Shown here one piece after another: positions 10,139 to 19,001 of a stretch of 64,000 nt of DNA. A program made the translations under genes and the position numbers. Under the pieces are notes generated by a model, which saw only the letters and a list, made by a program, of their open reading frames with translations, did no database searches and was not told where the DNA came from. The stretch's first letter is position 1. Each line of letters opens with the position of its first letter. The stretch is from NCBI GenBank assembly GCA_963803815.1, contig CAWDOB010000003.1:2215511-2279510 (forward strand), in the 5' to 3' direction. This stretch comes from an uncultured Planctomycetaceae bacterium. Lineage in GTDB: Bacteria; Planctomycetota; Planctomycetia; Planctomycetales; Planctomycetaceae.

Positions 10139-11665
10139 CTAAGCCGGTTCGGCGCCGGAATACTCCGCGGAGTAATTGGGCGCTTCCTGGGTGATGGCGA
10201 TGTCATGCGGGTGGTTTTCCCGGACGCTCGCCGCCGAGACCCGCAGGAACCGGGGCTTGGTCCGTAGTTCGTCGACCGTGGCGCAACCCAGGTACCCCAT
10301 CCCCGCCCGCAAACCGCCCACCATCTGATACAGGAGGGGCGCCAGCGGGCCGCGGTACGGCACCCGGCCTTCGACGCCCTCCGGGACCAGCTTGCGCGTG
10401 CCCCCGGCGGAACCGTCGTCACCGCTCCCATCGGACGAACCGGCGGACTGCCGATAGCGGTCCGCGCTGCCCTGCTGCATGGCGCCTAAACTGCCCATCC
10501 CGCGATACCGTTTAAAACTCCGCCCCTGATACAGGATCCGCTCGCCCGGCGACTCGTCCAGGCCGGCCAGCAGCCCGCCGAGCATCACGGTGCTCGCCCC
10601 CGCCGCCAGCGCTTTCACCAGGTCGCCGGAGTAGCGGATCCCGCCGTCGGCGATCAGCGGCACGCCCGTGCCGGCCACGCCCCGCACCGCCCCGGCGATC
10701 GCCGTCAGTTGCGGCACGCCCACGCCGGAGATAATCCGCGTGGTGCAAATACTGCCCGGGCCGATGCCCACCTTGACCGCGTCCGCCCCGGCGGCGGCGA
10801 GGTCCTTGGCCCCCTGCTCCGTCGCGACGTTGCCGGCGATAATCTCGATATCGTGGTCGCGTTTCAATTTGCGAACGGTGTCCATCACGTTCTTGGAATG
10901 GCCGTGGGCGCTGTCGACCACCAGCACGTCCGCCCCGCGGGCGATCAGTTCGGCGGCCCGCTCGAAATCGTGCACCCCCACCGCGGCGCCCACCCGCAAG
11001 CGCCCGCGGTCATCCTTGCAGGCGCGGGGGTAACGGCGGTTCTTGTCCACGTCTTTAATCGTGATGAGCCCCCGCAAACGGAACTGATCGTCCACCAATA
11101 ACAGCTTTTCGACTTTGCTTTTGAGCAGAATCTGCTGGGCCTCGCGGAGGTCCGTCTCCGGCGGGGCGGTGACGAGGTTGTCCTTGGTCATCACCTCGGA
11201 GATGCGCACGTCGGCGGTGTCGAGGAACCGCAGATCACGTGAGGTGAGAATCCCCCGCAGCTTGCCCGGCCCGCCGTTGGGGTCGGCGTCGACGATCGGC
11301 ACGCCGCCGATATTCCGCTCCGCCATCAATCTTTTGGCGTCGGCGACCGTCGCCTCCGGCGGCAATGTGACGGGGTCGACGATGACCCCGTGCTCGCTGC
11401 GTTTCACGCGGTCCACCTCCAACGCCTGCCGATCCGGCGGGAGGTTTTTATGTACGATGCCGATGCCCCCCTCCTGCGCCATGCCGATCGCCATTTCGCT
11501 TTCGGTGACGGTGTCCATCGGCGACGAAAGGATCGGCACGTTCAGCGTGATGCGGCGGGTCAGCGGGCTGCTCACATCGCAATCCGCCGGCATCACCTCG
11601 CTATACGCGGGCTCCAACAGCAGGTCGTCAAAGGTGAGCCCCTCGGCGGCGATCCGGGATTGCAT
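10139..11665 (-). CDS. guaB: IMP dehydrogenase with CBS pair
   Basis: [23 protein letters not shown] catalytic loop, YRGMGS, VPEGVEG. ATG start MQSRIAAEG. Confidence 0.97.
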   Translation of the reverse strand: MQSRIAAEGLTFDDLLLEPAYSEVMPADCDVSSPLTRRITLNVPILSSPMDTVTESEMAIGMAQEGGIGIVHKNLPPDRQALEVDRVKRSEHGVIVDPVTLPPEATVADAKRLMAERNIGGVPIVDADPNGGPGKLRGILTSRDLRFLDTADVRISEVMTKDNLVTAPPETDLREAQQILLKSKVEKLLLVDDQFRLRGLITIKDVDKNRRYPRACKDDRGRLRVGAAVGVHDFERAAELIARGADVLVVDSAHGHSKNVMDTVRKLKRDHDIEIIAGNVATEQGAKDLAAAGADAVKVGIGPGSICTTRIISGVGVPQLTAIAGAVRGVAGTGVPLIADGGIRYSGDLVKALAAGASTVMLGGLLAGLDESPGERILYQGRSFKRYRGMGSLGAMQQGSADRYRQSAGSSDGSGDDGSAGGTRKLVPEGVEGRVPYRGPLAPLLYQMVGGLRAGMGYLGCATVDELRTKPRFLRVSAASVRENHPHDIAITQEAPNYSAEYSGAEPA

Positions 11666-11718
11666 TCTTGAAGAGGGGCGAGGGGAAAGGCGTGAGGGGA
11701 AAGGGCCGACCTGAGACG

Positions 11719-11815
11719 AACCCGACGCGTCAGCGAGGGCCGCGGCGCAGCCGCGGGGTGCGGACGGCGTTTCGCGGGGCTGCGCCCCGCGGCCCTCGCT
11801 GACGCTTCGGGTTGG
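11719..11815. repeat. REPIN-like inverted doublet, family A
   Basis: AACCCGACGCGTCAGCGAGGG ... CCCTCGCTGACGCTTCGGGTTGG with inner GGCGCAGCC/GGCTGCGCC inverted repeat. Confidence 0.9.
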
Positions 11816-11840
11816 TGTTTGCAGCGTTGGAACCACGTTT

Positions 11841-12401
11841 CTAGTCAAGCTCGTCGGCCGGCGAGGAGTCGAGCACACGGTCGGGCAGCGGGGCGCCGGT
11901 GCGCTCGGCATAGCGGGCGGGGGTTTCGAAGACGGAGGCGACGTTCCGCAGCGGGATCGAAATCGCGTAGAAGGCCCGGGACCCGTCAGATTGAAATCCG
12001 CTCGAGTCCCGGTAGGTCAACCGGCCGTCTCCGCATCCAAGGACCGTTACATACTGATCCGCTTCATAGATCGCTCGAATCCCCTTCACCGCTTCCTCGT
12101 CGGTGGACCGAAACCCGCCCGGTGCGTCCGGGTCGGGGACGCGGACTTTGGCCCGCTCCTGCAACTCGCGGAACCGGCCGACGTACGGGGCGGCCGGGGC
12201 CCGCTTCTCTTGAGCTTCCTGCGCGGAATAACTAATCACAGAAACAGGATCCCCGACGCGATGGTCGATCAACTGGATCGTCGTCCCCGCCGTCAGCAAC
12301 CCCGGCAACCCCTCGACCCAAGCGTCGCCCGGCGGGGGTGAGGAGAGGCCGTCCGGCGGAGCGGCCAAGCAGGTCAGCAGGAACACGACGGCATACATCA
12401 C
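11841..12401 (-). CDS. Hypothetical exported protein
   Basis: Coupled to the rsmA stop, hydrophobic N-terminus, non-shadow amino-acid composition. Confidence 0.6.
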   Translation of the reverse strand: MMYAVVFLLTCLAAPPDGLSSPPPGDAWVEGLPGLLTAGTTIQLIDHRVGDPVSVISYSAQEAQEKRAPAAPYVGRFRELQERAKVRVPDPDAPGGFRSTDEEAVKGIRAIYEADQYVTVLGCGDGRLTYRDSSGFQSDGSRAFYAISIPLRNVASVFETPARYAERTGAPLPDRVLDSSPADELD

Positions 12402-13366
12402 TCTTCCTCATTGAGGGACGGGAAAATGGGCGGAGCCGCGGCGCCCTTCGCCTCGATCGCCCGATAAAACGCGTTCGCCAGTTCACGCAGCTGCGTCGGG
12501 TCGAACGCCTCGGCCCTTGCATTGGGTTCGTAGCCCTCCGCGACCAGCACGGCGTCCACCTCGGGCTTATCAAGTTGCTGGCGGTACATGCCGCACAGCA
12601 CCCCCCGCATGAGTTTGCGGCGGTGATGAAACAGGCGGCGGAGGAAGTCCTGGAAGAATCGCAGGTCGGCGATCTGCTCCCGGGCGCGGGGGTTGGGGTT
12701 CAGGCGGAGGACGGCGCTGTCGACGCCCGGCCGCGGCCAGAACACGCTGGGGGGCACCTTTTTCAGGATCTTCACCCCGGCGAGGTTTTGAATCCAGGCG
12801 GACAAACTGCCGTACGACCCGCCGCCGCCGCCGCCGTCGCCGGGCTCTCCCGGGCGGGCGGCCATGCGTTGGCCGAGTTCATATTGGATCATCGCCACCA
12901 TCCGGCTCCACGGCAGATCGCTGCCGGCGAGGTTCGAGATGATCGGCGTGGCGATATTATACGGCAGGTTCGCGACCAGCTTGAGCCGCGGGGTTCGCTC
13001 CGGATCGGGATTCGCCGCCGCCAGTTTGTCCAGTTCCGCCCGCACGGCGTCCAGCACCAGCGGGGAGATTTGGTTCTTGTTCTTGAGGGCGTCCGTTTGC
13101 AGCAGCGTGACGTTCCGGCGGTCGGCCAATTGCTCCGACGCCATCGCGTACATCGTTTTATCGACCTCCACGCTGACCACCGCCGCGGCCCCGTCGGACA
13201 GAAACGCCGTCATCCCCGCGGTGCCGGCGCCCACTTCCAGCACCACGTCCCGGTCCTTTTCGAGGTGCGCCTCCCGCACGACGAAGTCGAGGATATTCAA
13301 ATCGATCAGAAAGTTCTGACCCAGATCGGTGCGCGGGTGCAGCCCGTGTCGCTTGAACAGCGACAT
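12398..13366 (-). CDS. rsmA: 16S rRNA dimethyladenosine transferase KsgA/RsmA (true start may be slightly upstream)
   Basis: LGQNFLID, VLEVGAGTA, LVANLPYNIATP, FWPRPGVDSA and RRK motifs. Confidence 0.95.
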   Translation of the reverse strand: MSLFKRHGLHPRTDLGQNFLIDLNILDFVVREAHLEKDRDVVLEVGAGTAGMTAFLSDGAAAVVSVEVDKTMYAMASEQLADRRNVTLLQTDALKNKNQISPLVLDAVRAELDKLAAANPDPERTPRLKLVANLPYNIATPIISNLAGSDLPWSRMVAMIQYELGQRMAARPGEPGDGGGGGGSYGSLSAWIQNLAGVKILKKVPPSVFWPRPGVDSAVLRLNPNPRAREQIADLRFFQDFLRRLFHHRRKLMRGVLCGMYRQQLDKPEVDAVLVAEGYEPNARAEAFDPTQLRELANAFYRAIEAKGAAAPPIFPSLNEEE

Positions 13367-13430
13367 GAGGTGCGTGCGGGTCTGGCGGCGGGCGTCCGGC
13401 AGGGGAGGGGGAGGTGTGAGGGGAAAAGGC

Positions 13431-13455
13431 GAGCGGCGGGCGTCAGCCCCCCGTG
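13431..13455. repeat. REP-like hairpin with GTCA loop
   Basis: GAGCGGCGGGC-GTCA-GCCCCCCGTG; a related GAGCCGGGGGGCTTGTCCCCCGGT is at about 52927-52950. Confidence 0.4.
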
Positions 13456-13512
13456 CGTCCGGGGAGTGCCATGCACGTGGGAGACATGCGGGCGGGATGC
13501 GGGAAGAGTCCG

Positions 13513-13610
13513 CCAACCCGAAGCGTCAGCGAGGGCCGCGGCGCAGCCGTGGGTCGAATCGTCGCCTGCGCGGGGCTGCGCCCCGTGGCCTCGCTGACGC
13601 TTCGGGTTGG
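13513..13610. repeat. REPIN-like inverted doublet, family A
   Basis: CCAACCCGAAGCGTCAGCGAGGG ... CCTCGCTGACGCTTCGGGTTGG, between riboflavin synthase and rsmA. Confidence 0.9.
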
Positions 13611-13615
13611 TAATC

Positions 13616-14269
13616 TCATCGCCCCGCCCCCGCCTGATAGGGTCCGAGCAGCTTTTGCACGTACTTGCCCAGGATATCCGCTTCGAGGTTCACCGCGTCG
13701 CCCACGGCCCGGTCGCCGAGGGTCGTTTCGCCCAGCGTGTGCGGGATGAGGGCCACGAAGAACGCCGCGTTTCCGTCCACATCAGCGTGCGGCTCGCAGA
13801 CGGTCAGGCTGACGCCGTCGACGCACACGCTGCCCTTGTCCACCAGCAGCGCCGCGATCTCCGGGGGAACGGCGAAGTGCATGTGGAGCCATTCGCCGTC
13901 GCGGTCGAGCCGCGTCACCGTGCCGACGGCGTCGACATGGCCCTGCACGATGTGTCCGCCGAGCCGGTCGCCGGCCCGCAGGCTGCGTTCGACGTTCACC
14001 CCGTGCCCCGGTTCGAGCCGGCCGAGGTTCGTGCGGGACAGCGTTTCGGCGCCGGCTTCGAAGGTCCAATGCTGGCCGGCTTTCCCCGCGACCTCCACGA
14101 CGGTCAGGCAACAGCCGTTGAGGGCGACGCTGTCGCCGAGCTTCACGTCCCCGGCCAGCGGCTCGCCGCGACCGTTGAGGGGGGGGACGGAGAGCGTCAG
14201 GGCCACGTCGGAGCCGCGCCGGTCCAGCGAATGAACCGCGGCTTTGGCTTCGACGAGGCCGGTGAACAT
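13616..14269 (-). CDS. ribE: Riboflavin synthase alpha chain
   Basis: N-terminal MFTGLVE, GDSVALNGCCLTV, GGHIVQGHVD, KGSVCVDGVSLTV and VNLEAD motifs. Confidence 0.97.
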   Translation of the reverse strand: MFTGLVEAKAAVHSLDRRGSDVALTLSVPPLNGRGEPLAGDVKLGDSVALNGCCLTVVEVAGKAGQHWTFEAGAETLSRTNLGRLEPGHGVNVERSLRAGDRLGGHIVQGHVDAVGTVTRLDRDGEWLHMHFAVPPEIAALLVDKGSVCVDGVSLTVCEPHADVDGNAAFFVALIPHTLGETTLGDRAVGDAVNLEADILGKYVQKLLGPYQAGAGR

Positions 14270-14439
14270 GGGCGAGGGCGGGGCCGCACCCGGCGGCGTG
14301 AGGATCAAGCCGCCAGTGTGCCGGGCCGGGCCGGACCCGTCAACGGCCGCGCCGTAGGATGTGCCCGCACGGGCGGCCTGCCTCGGGTCTCTCCCAAGGC
14401 CGTCGGTTCCCCGCGTCCGTTCCCCACCGTAGGTGCGTC

Positions 14440-15439
14440 ATGTCCCGCGTGTTCGGTGTGCTGCGTCGCGTGGTCCGGATGATCCGCACGCTATCCGCTC
14501 CCGCCGTGCTGGCGCTGGCGGGGCTGGGGGCGGCGCTCGCCCTGGCGCCGCCGGTGGCGTACGACGCCCGAGATCGGTTTGACGAGTTCAATCCAAACCG
14601 GCGGCCCGACCCGCCCCGCGGCCGGCTCGAGCGCCTCCAAGTGCAGGTGGACAGCCGGGGGACGCCGTTCAGCTTCGACACGTGGGGCAGCCCCGAACGC
14701 AGGTTACTCTCGGTTACGGCGTCGTCCCCGGTGGACACGTCGCGGCCCTACCGCCCCCCGCGGGAGTGGCAGCCGTTTCCTACCCTCCTGACGTGGTGGA
14801 GCGCCAATTCCGTCGGCGCCTGGATCGGGCTGGAATGGATCGCCGCTTGGGCCATGGGGCTGACGCTCCTCTGGGGCGCGTGGGTATGGCGGGCGGGTCG
14901 ATCGCGCGACGGGGCAGTCGAGGAACGGCCTCCCGGTCGCCGGCCGGCGTGGAAACGGGCGGCGCAGCCGTGGGTTTGGGCGGCAGCGGGGCTCGCCATG
15001 CTGTGCCTGTCCGCGCCGTCGTTGACGGGCTGGCCGGGCGACTTCTCCGCCGGGCTGACCCGCGACGGGGACCTGCCGTCGTTCCCCCGGTCCCTATCGG
15101 TCTCGTGGACCCGGGTTCCGGCGCCGAAAGTCTGGTCGGTGACGGAGGTCATGTCGCCCGGGGAGCTTGCGGACCTCTTCAACCCCGCGCCGGCTGCTGT
15201 GGGGCGGGGCGAACTGGGGGTTCACGGTCCTCAAGGTCCCGCAGTTCGACCACTTCGGCGACCAACGACCGGAGCCCGCCCCCACCCCCTGGCGGTGGAT
15301 CATCACGATCCGTCTGTGGTGGCTGGCCGCCCCGTGCGCGCTGTGGACCGCGGCGAGCCTGTGGCGGTCGCGGCGGCGCGTCAGCGACGAGGCCCCCGGG
15401 ACGACCGGAACCGTGCCCGCCCGGGAGCCGGCTCCCTGA
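14440..15439 (+). CDS. Hypothetical membrane protein (probable frameshift near 15190)
   Basis: Trp-rich TM segments in ORF 14359 continue in ORF 15167-15439. The stop lies within a family B repeat. Confidence 0.5.
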
Positions 15440-15452
15440 CGGTCGCGGTTCT
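15423..15452. repeat. Partial copy of family B palindrome
   Basis: GGGAGCCGGCTCCCTGACGGTCGCGGTTCT is identical to 56563-56592. Confidence 0.8.
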
Positions 15453-15465
15453 ACAGCGTTTCGCT

Positions 15466-16527
15466 TCACCCGCCGGCGCCCGGCGCCCGGGTCATCAGTT
15501 CGTTCAACACGTCCCGCACGGCGGTCCGGTTGGTTCCCGGGGCGAACTCTAACAGCCGGTGGCGGGGGTCGTCCGGTTCGGCCCGCCAGGCGTTTGTGCC
15601 GTTGGGGAAGATCTCGTTGACGCCGTCGGCCCGCACTCTCCAATACGCTGCGTGGGGGCGGACGGCGTAGAGCGTGGCGAGCAGGTCCCAGCTCGGCCGG
15701 GTCGGCTTGTCCTTCAGATACAGCTTGTAGGCGCGGCGAACGGGGTTGCTCTGCGGCGTCTCCGACAGCGTATCGCCGGTGAGGACGTCCTCGCCCAGTC
15801 CGCTGAAGACGATCGGCGTGGGCCAATCGCGGGCGGCGACGACCGCGGCGGACGGATCCGGTTTGAAGTTGCCGTAGACCTTCGGGTCGCGGTGCTCCGG
15901 ATAGCGGCCGCCCATGCAAACCCACAGCCGCACCTTCGCTTGGATCAGGTCCGGGCCGGACAGCGGGCTGATCGCGTCCGGTTCGCTCGCCAGCAGATCG
16001 CGGAGGTTCGTCAGATAACCGACCGTGACCACCACCGCCCCGCCGGCGGGGTCGTCGGCCACGTCCGGCCGGGCGGCGAGCGCCTCCCGATACACCCGCA
16101 CCGCGTCCGGGGCGTCCGCGTTCGTCTTCAACCGCGACGGAAACGCCCGAGCGATCTGCTGGGCGTACCTCGATCCGCGGTTCACCTCCGCCCCGTCCCC
16201 CTGGGGCACGCCGATCGGCAGGTCGCCGCGGCCGTGATAGGCATTGATCGCCGCGGTGCACGGGGCGGAATAGGCGAACCGCGAACTGACCGGCGTGGCC
16301 AGAATCGTGCACTCCCCCGCGTCCGCCAGGGCGTGCAGCACGGCGAGGGCGCCGACATCGTCGCAGTCGGTGTCCATATCCGTATCCCAGATCACCGGTA
16401 CGGGCGCCGGGGAACAGGAGAGCGCAAACGCGAGAGCGAGGGACGGGATCACGGGCGAACCGGCGGCGGGTGCGGGGGGAACGACAGGAGAATACCTCTT
16501 CCGCCCGCCGTCGTTCTCTCTTCTCAC
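15466..16527 (-). CDS. Nucleoside hydrolase-like family protein (start uncertain)
   Basis: IWDTDMDTDCDDVGAL Asp motif, VGYLTNL, MGG, NF and SWD motifs. Confidence 0.85.
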   Translation of the reverse strand: MRRENDGGRKRYSPVVPPAPAAGSPVIPSLALAFALSCSPAPVPVIWDTDMDTDCDDVGALAVLHALADAGECTILATPVSSRFAYSAPCTAAINAYHGRGDLPIGVPQGDGAEVNRGSRYAQQIARAFPSRLKTNADAPDAVRVYREALAARPDVADDPAGGAVVVTVGYLTNLRDLLASEPDAISPLSGPDLIQAKVRLWVCMGGRYPEHRDPKVYGNFKPDPSAAVVAARDWPTPIVFSGLGEDVLTGDTLSETPQSNPVRRAYKLYLKDKPTRPSWDLLATLYAVRPHAAYWRVRADGVNEIFPNGTNAWRAEPDDPRHRLLEFAPGTNRTAVRDVLNELMTRAPGAGG

Positions 16528-16552
16528 CCGTCCCGCACCCGCCGCTCAAATC

Positions 16553-18616
16553 TCACCCGCCGTCGTGCACGCCGTCGTGCGCGCCGTCGTGCGCACCGTG
16601 GGGGAAGACGCAGACGACGCGGACTCCGCCGGCGGGCGGGGATTCGAGGTTCAGTCGAGCGTGAATCGCCTCGGCCCGGAACCGCATCGCGGTCAGGCCG
16701 ATGCCGCCCCCGGCCTCCGGGTCGGCGGCGGGGTCGAGCCCGACGCCGTCGTCGGCGATCGTCAGCAGGGCGCGGTCCGGGCCGTCGTCGGCGAGGGTGA
16801 TGGTCACCCGTTCGGCCCGCCCGTGGCGGACCGCGTTGCTGATCGCCTCCTGGGCGATGCGGTACAGGTGGTGGGCGACGGCGGGGTCGTCGACCGGGAC
16901 GGCGCCGTCGGGCGTTTCGAAGACGCACCGGGCGGGGGTGATCTCCGTGGTGAGGACGGCCAGTTTGGTCAGACCCTCGGCGAGTCCGTCGCGTTTGGAG
17001 TTCAGCGGCATCAAGCCGTGGGCGACGCCCCGCAGATCGCGGGCGGCGTCCTTCACGGCGTCGGCGATCGCATCCACCACCTCCGTGACGTCCTGCCCGT
17101 CGGCGACCTGCGACTTGAGCGTCCCGCACAGCATATTCAGGCCGGCCAGCTGCTGGGCGACGCCGTCGTGCAGGTCCCGGGCGATGCGGGCCTGCTCCCG
17201 GGTTTGGGCACTCAGCACCTGCGACTCCAGTTCCCGCCGCCCCCGCAGGTCCCGGAGGGTGGCGGCGAAGTGGGTCGGGGCGCCGTCGGCGTCGCGGATC
17301 GCGGAAACGTCCCATTCGACCGTCACCGGCGTGCCGTCCGCCTGATGGATAACCGCCTCCCCGTGAAAGCGCCCGTCCTGTTTGAGGGCCAACCGCATCC
17401 GGGCGGGGGCGTCCGGGGCCGTCTTCGGGCCGTCCAGCGTCGTCAGCAACTCGCCGTTCAGGGTCTCGGCGGATCGGCCGGTCAGTCGGGCGGCGGCGGC
17501 GTTCGTGTAATGAACAGTCGGCCCGGGCGGGTCCAGGTCCGTGCTGAGAATCAGCGTGGGCACGTCCGTCTGCTGGACGGCGGCCCGCATCAGCGTGCGT
17601 TCGGCTTCGAGGGCGTCGAACTCCGTCAGGTCCTCCGCGGTGTAGCAGAACCGCCGGCTCCCGTCCGTGCCCGGGTCGGCGTCGGGGTCGACCGCCGCGG
17701 CGGAGATCGCCAGATGACGCCGTTCCCCATGCACCATCTGATCCAGCCGGGTCCGCAGCGGTTCCCCGCCGCCCTCCCCGGCGGCGATACGGTCGAACGC
17801 GTCCCCCAGCCACTCGGACAGCGGCCCGGGCACGCCCAGGTCCCTCAACGACCGCCCCACGCACGCCGCGGCGGTCTGCTGGTCAGGCAGCGCTTCGTCC
17901 ACGTGGGAGAGCAGCAGCCGGGACGCCGACGGGTTGACCCGCAGGTGCCGCACCGGGCCGTCGGCGCGGCGTTCGACCAGCGACAGCGCCACGGGGCTGG
18001 AGGCGAAGGCGGCGTTCAACGACTCCTCGCTTTGCCGCAGCCGATCGATCAACTTCTCGCGATCCGTCACGTCGTTCTGCACCCCCACGTAGAACCGGAC
18101 GCCGCCGCCCGCATCCTCGACGGGGGAGAGGTACAATTCGTTGCGAAACTCCGTGCCGTCCTTTTTGAAGTTTCGCAGCATCAAGCGGACGAACTGCCCC
18201 TCCACGATCGATTCCCGCAGCACGGACCGGCTCTGCTCGTTGCCCGCTTCGATCCGCTCCCCGTCGCGGAACTGCAAAAAGCGACAGTCGCGGTCGAGAA
18301 TCTCCTCCGGCTCGTAGCCGGTGAACTCGCAAAAGTAGCGGTTGACGTAGATCAGCGGCGTGTCGCCGCCGCCCCGCTTTTCCGACAGGGTGATCATCGT
18401 ATTCGCCGCGTTGACCACCGTGGACAGCAGCGATTCCCGATCCGCCTCGCAAACCGTCTCGGACCAGTAGCCCTGCTCCAGATGTTTGAGCCGCTTGCCG
18501 TCGCGGAGCGAGGAATCATGTCCCGCCTCGCCGGCTCGGGGGTCGGCGTCAGGCGAGTTCGCCTCCGCCGACCGATCGGTGGAGGAGGGACCGTCGGACA
18601 ACGTGGACTCGGTCAT
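16553..18616 (-). CDS. LOV/PAS multi-sensor histidine kinase (HisKA_3 type)
   Basis: LOV-like PLIYVN..F...TGY...EILDRDCRFLQ...NFKKDG..F.N....P......YVGVQNDVT, two further PAS domains, RIARDLHD H-box, RIAQEAISNAVRHG and DDGVG/GIGL boxes. Confidence 0.9.
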   Translation of the reverse strand: MTESTLSDGPSSTDRSAEANSPDADPRAGEAGHDSSLRDGKRLKHLEQGYWSETVCEADRESLLSTVVNAANTMITLSEKRGGGDTPLIYVNRYFCEFTGYEPEEILDRDCRFLQFRDGERIEAGNEQSRSVLRESIVEGQFVRLMLRNFKKDGTEFRNELYLSPVEDAGGGVRFYVGVQNDVTDREKLIDRLRQSEESLNAAFASSPVALSLVERRADGPVRHLRVNPSASRLLLSHVDEALPDQQTAAACVGRSLRDLGVPGPLSEWLGDAFDRIAAGEGGGEPLRTRLDQMVHGERRHLAISAAAVDPDADPGTDGSRRFCYTAEDLTEFDALEAERTLMRAAVQQTDVPTLILSTDLDPPGPTVHYTNAAAARLTGRSAETLNGELLTTLDGPKTAPDAPARMRLALKQDGRFHGEAVIHQADGTPVTVEWDVSAIRDADGAPTHFAATLRDLRGRRELESQVLSAQTREQARIARDLHDGVAQQLAGLNMLCGTLKSQVADGQDVTEVVDAIADAVKDAARDLRGVAHGLMPLNSKRDGLAEGLTKLAVLTTEITPARCVFETPDGAVPVDDPAVAHHLYRIAQEAISNAVRHGRAERVTITLADDGPDRALLTIADDGVGLDPAADPEAGGGIGLTAMRFRAEAIHARLNLESPPAGGVRVVCVFPHGAHDGAHDGVHDGG

Positions 18617-18942
18617 TGCGAAGGGAACGCGACGCGCTGGTGGAGAATTGTGATCTGGCTTGGATCGGGAGCCGCCGCTGAGGGCGGCGGGGAGATCCCT
18701 GATAGCGGGTCGGCTTAGATGTTATCGTTTCCGCATCAGCGGGCAATGACTTTCGCACGATCAAACGTCCAAAACGGCCCACGATCCGCCGGCCGCGCCC
18801 CGGGCGGCGCCGTCCCGCCGCGGCGTCCGCGGGCGTCGCGGCACAGAAGCGACGGACGGTTCGCACGCCGTACCCTGCGGGCGGTCCGGACGCTGCATCA
18901 CCGTCCCCGGAGCCGCGTCCCCCAGGACGCCGTTTCCCGCAA

Positions 18943-18975
18943 ACTCCTCCGACACTCCTCCGATACTCCTCCGAC
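18943..18975. repeat. 3 x 11-bp direct repeat ACTCCTCCGA(C/T) in divergent intergenic region
   Basis: Seen directly, just upstream of the ATG at 19002. Confidence 0.7.
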
Positions 18976-19001
18976 ACCCCTCTTCCACCCAGCCCCCGCC
19001 G

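Noticed and set aside
14270-14440. FMN riboswitch upstream of riboflavin synthase
   Set aside because: No recognisable RFN consensus in the short intergenic region.
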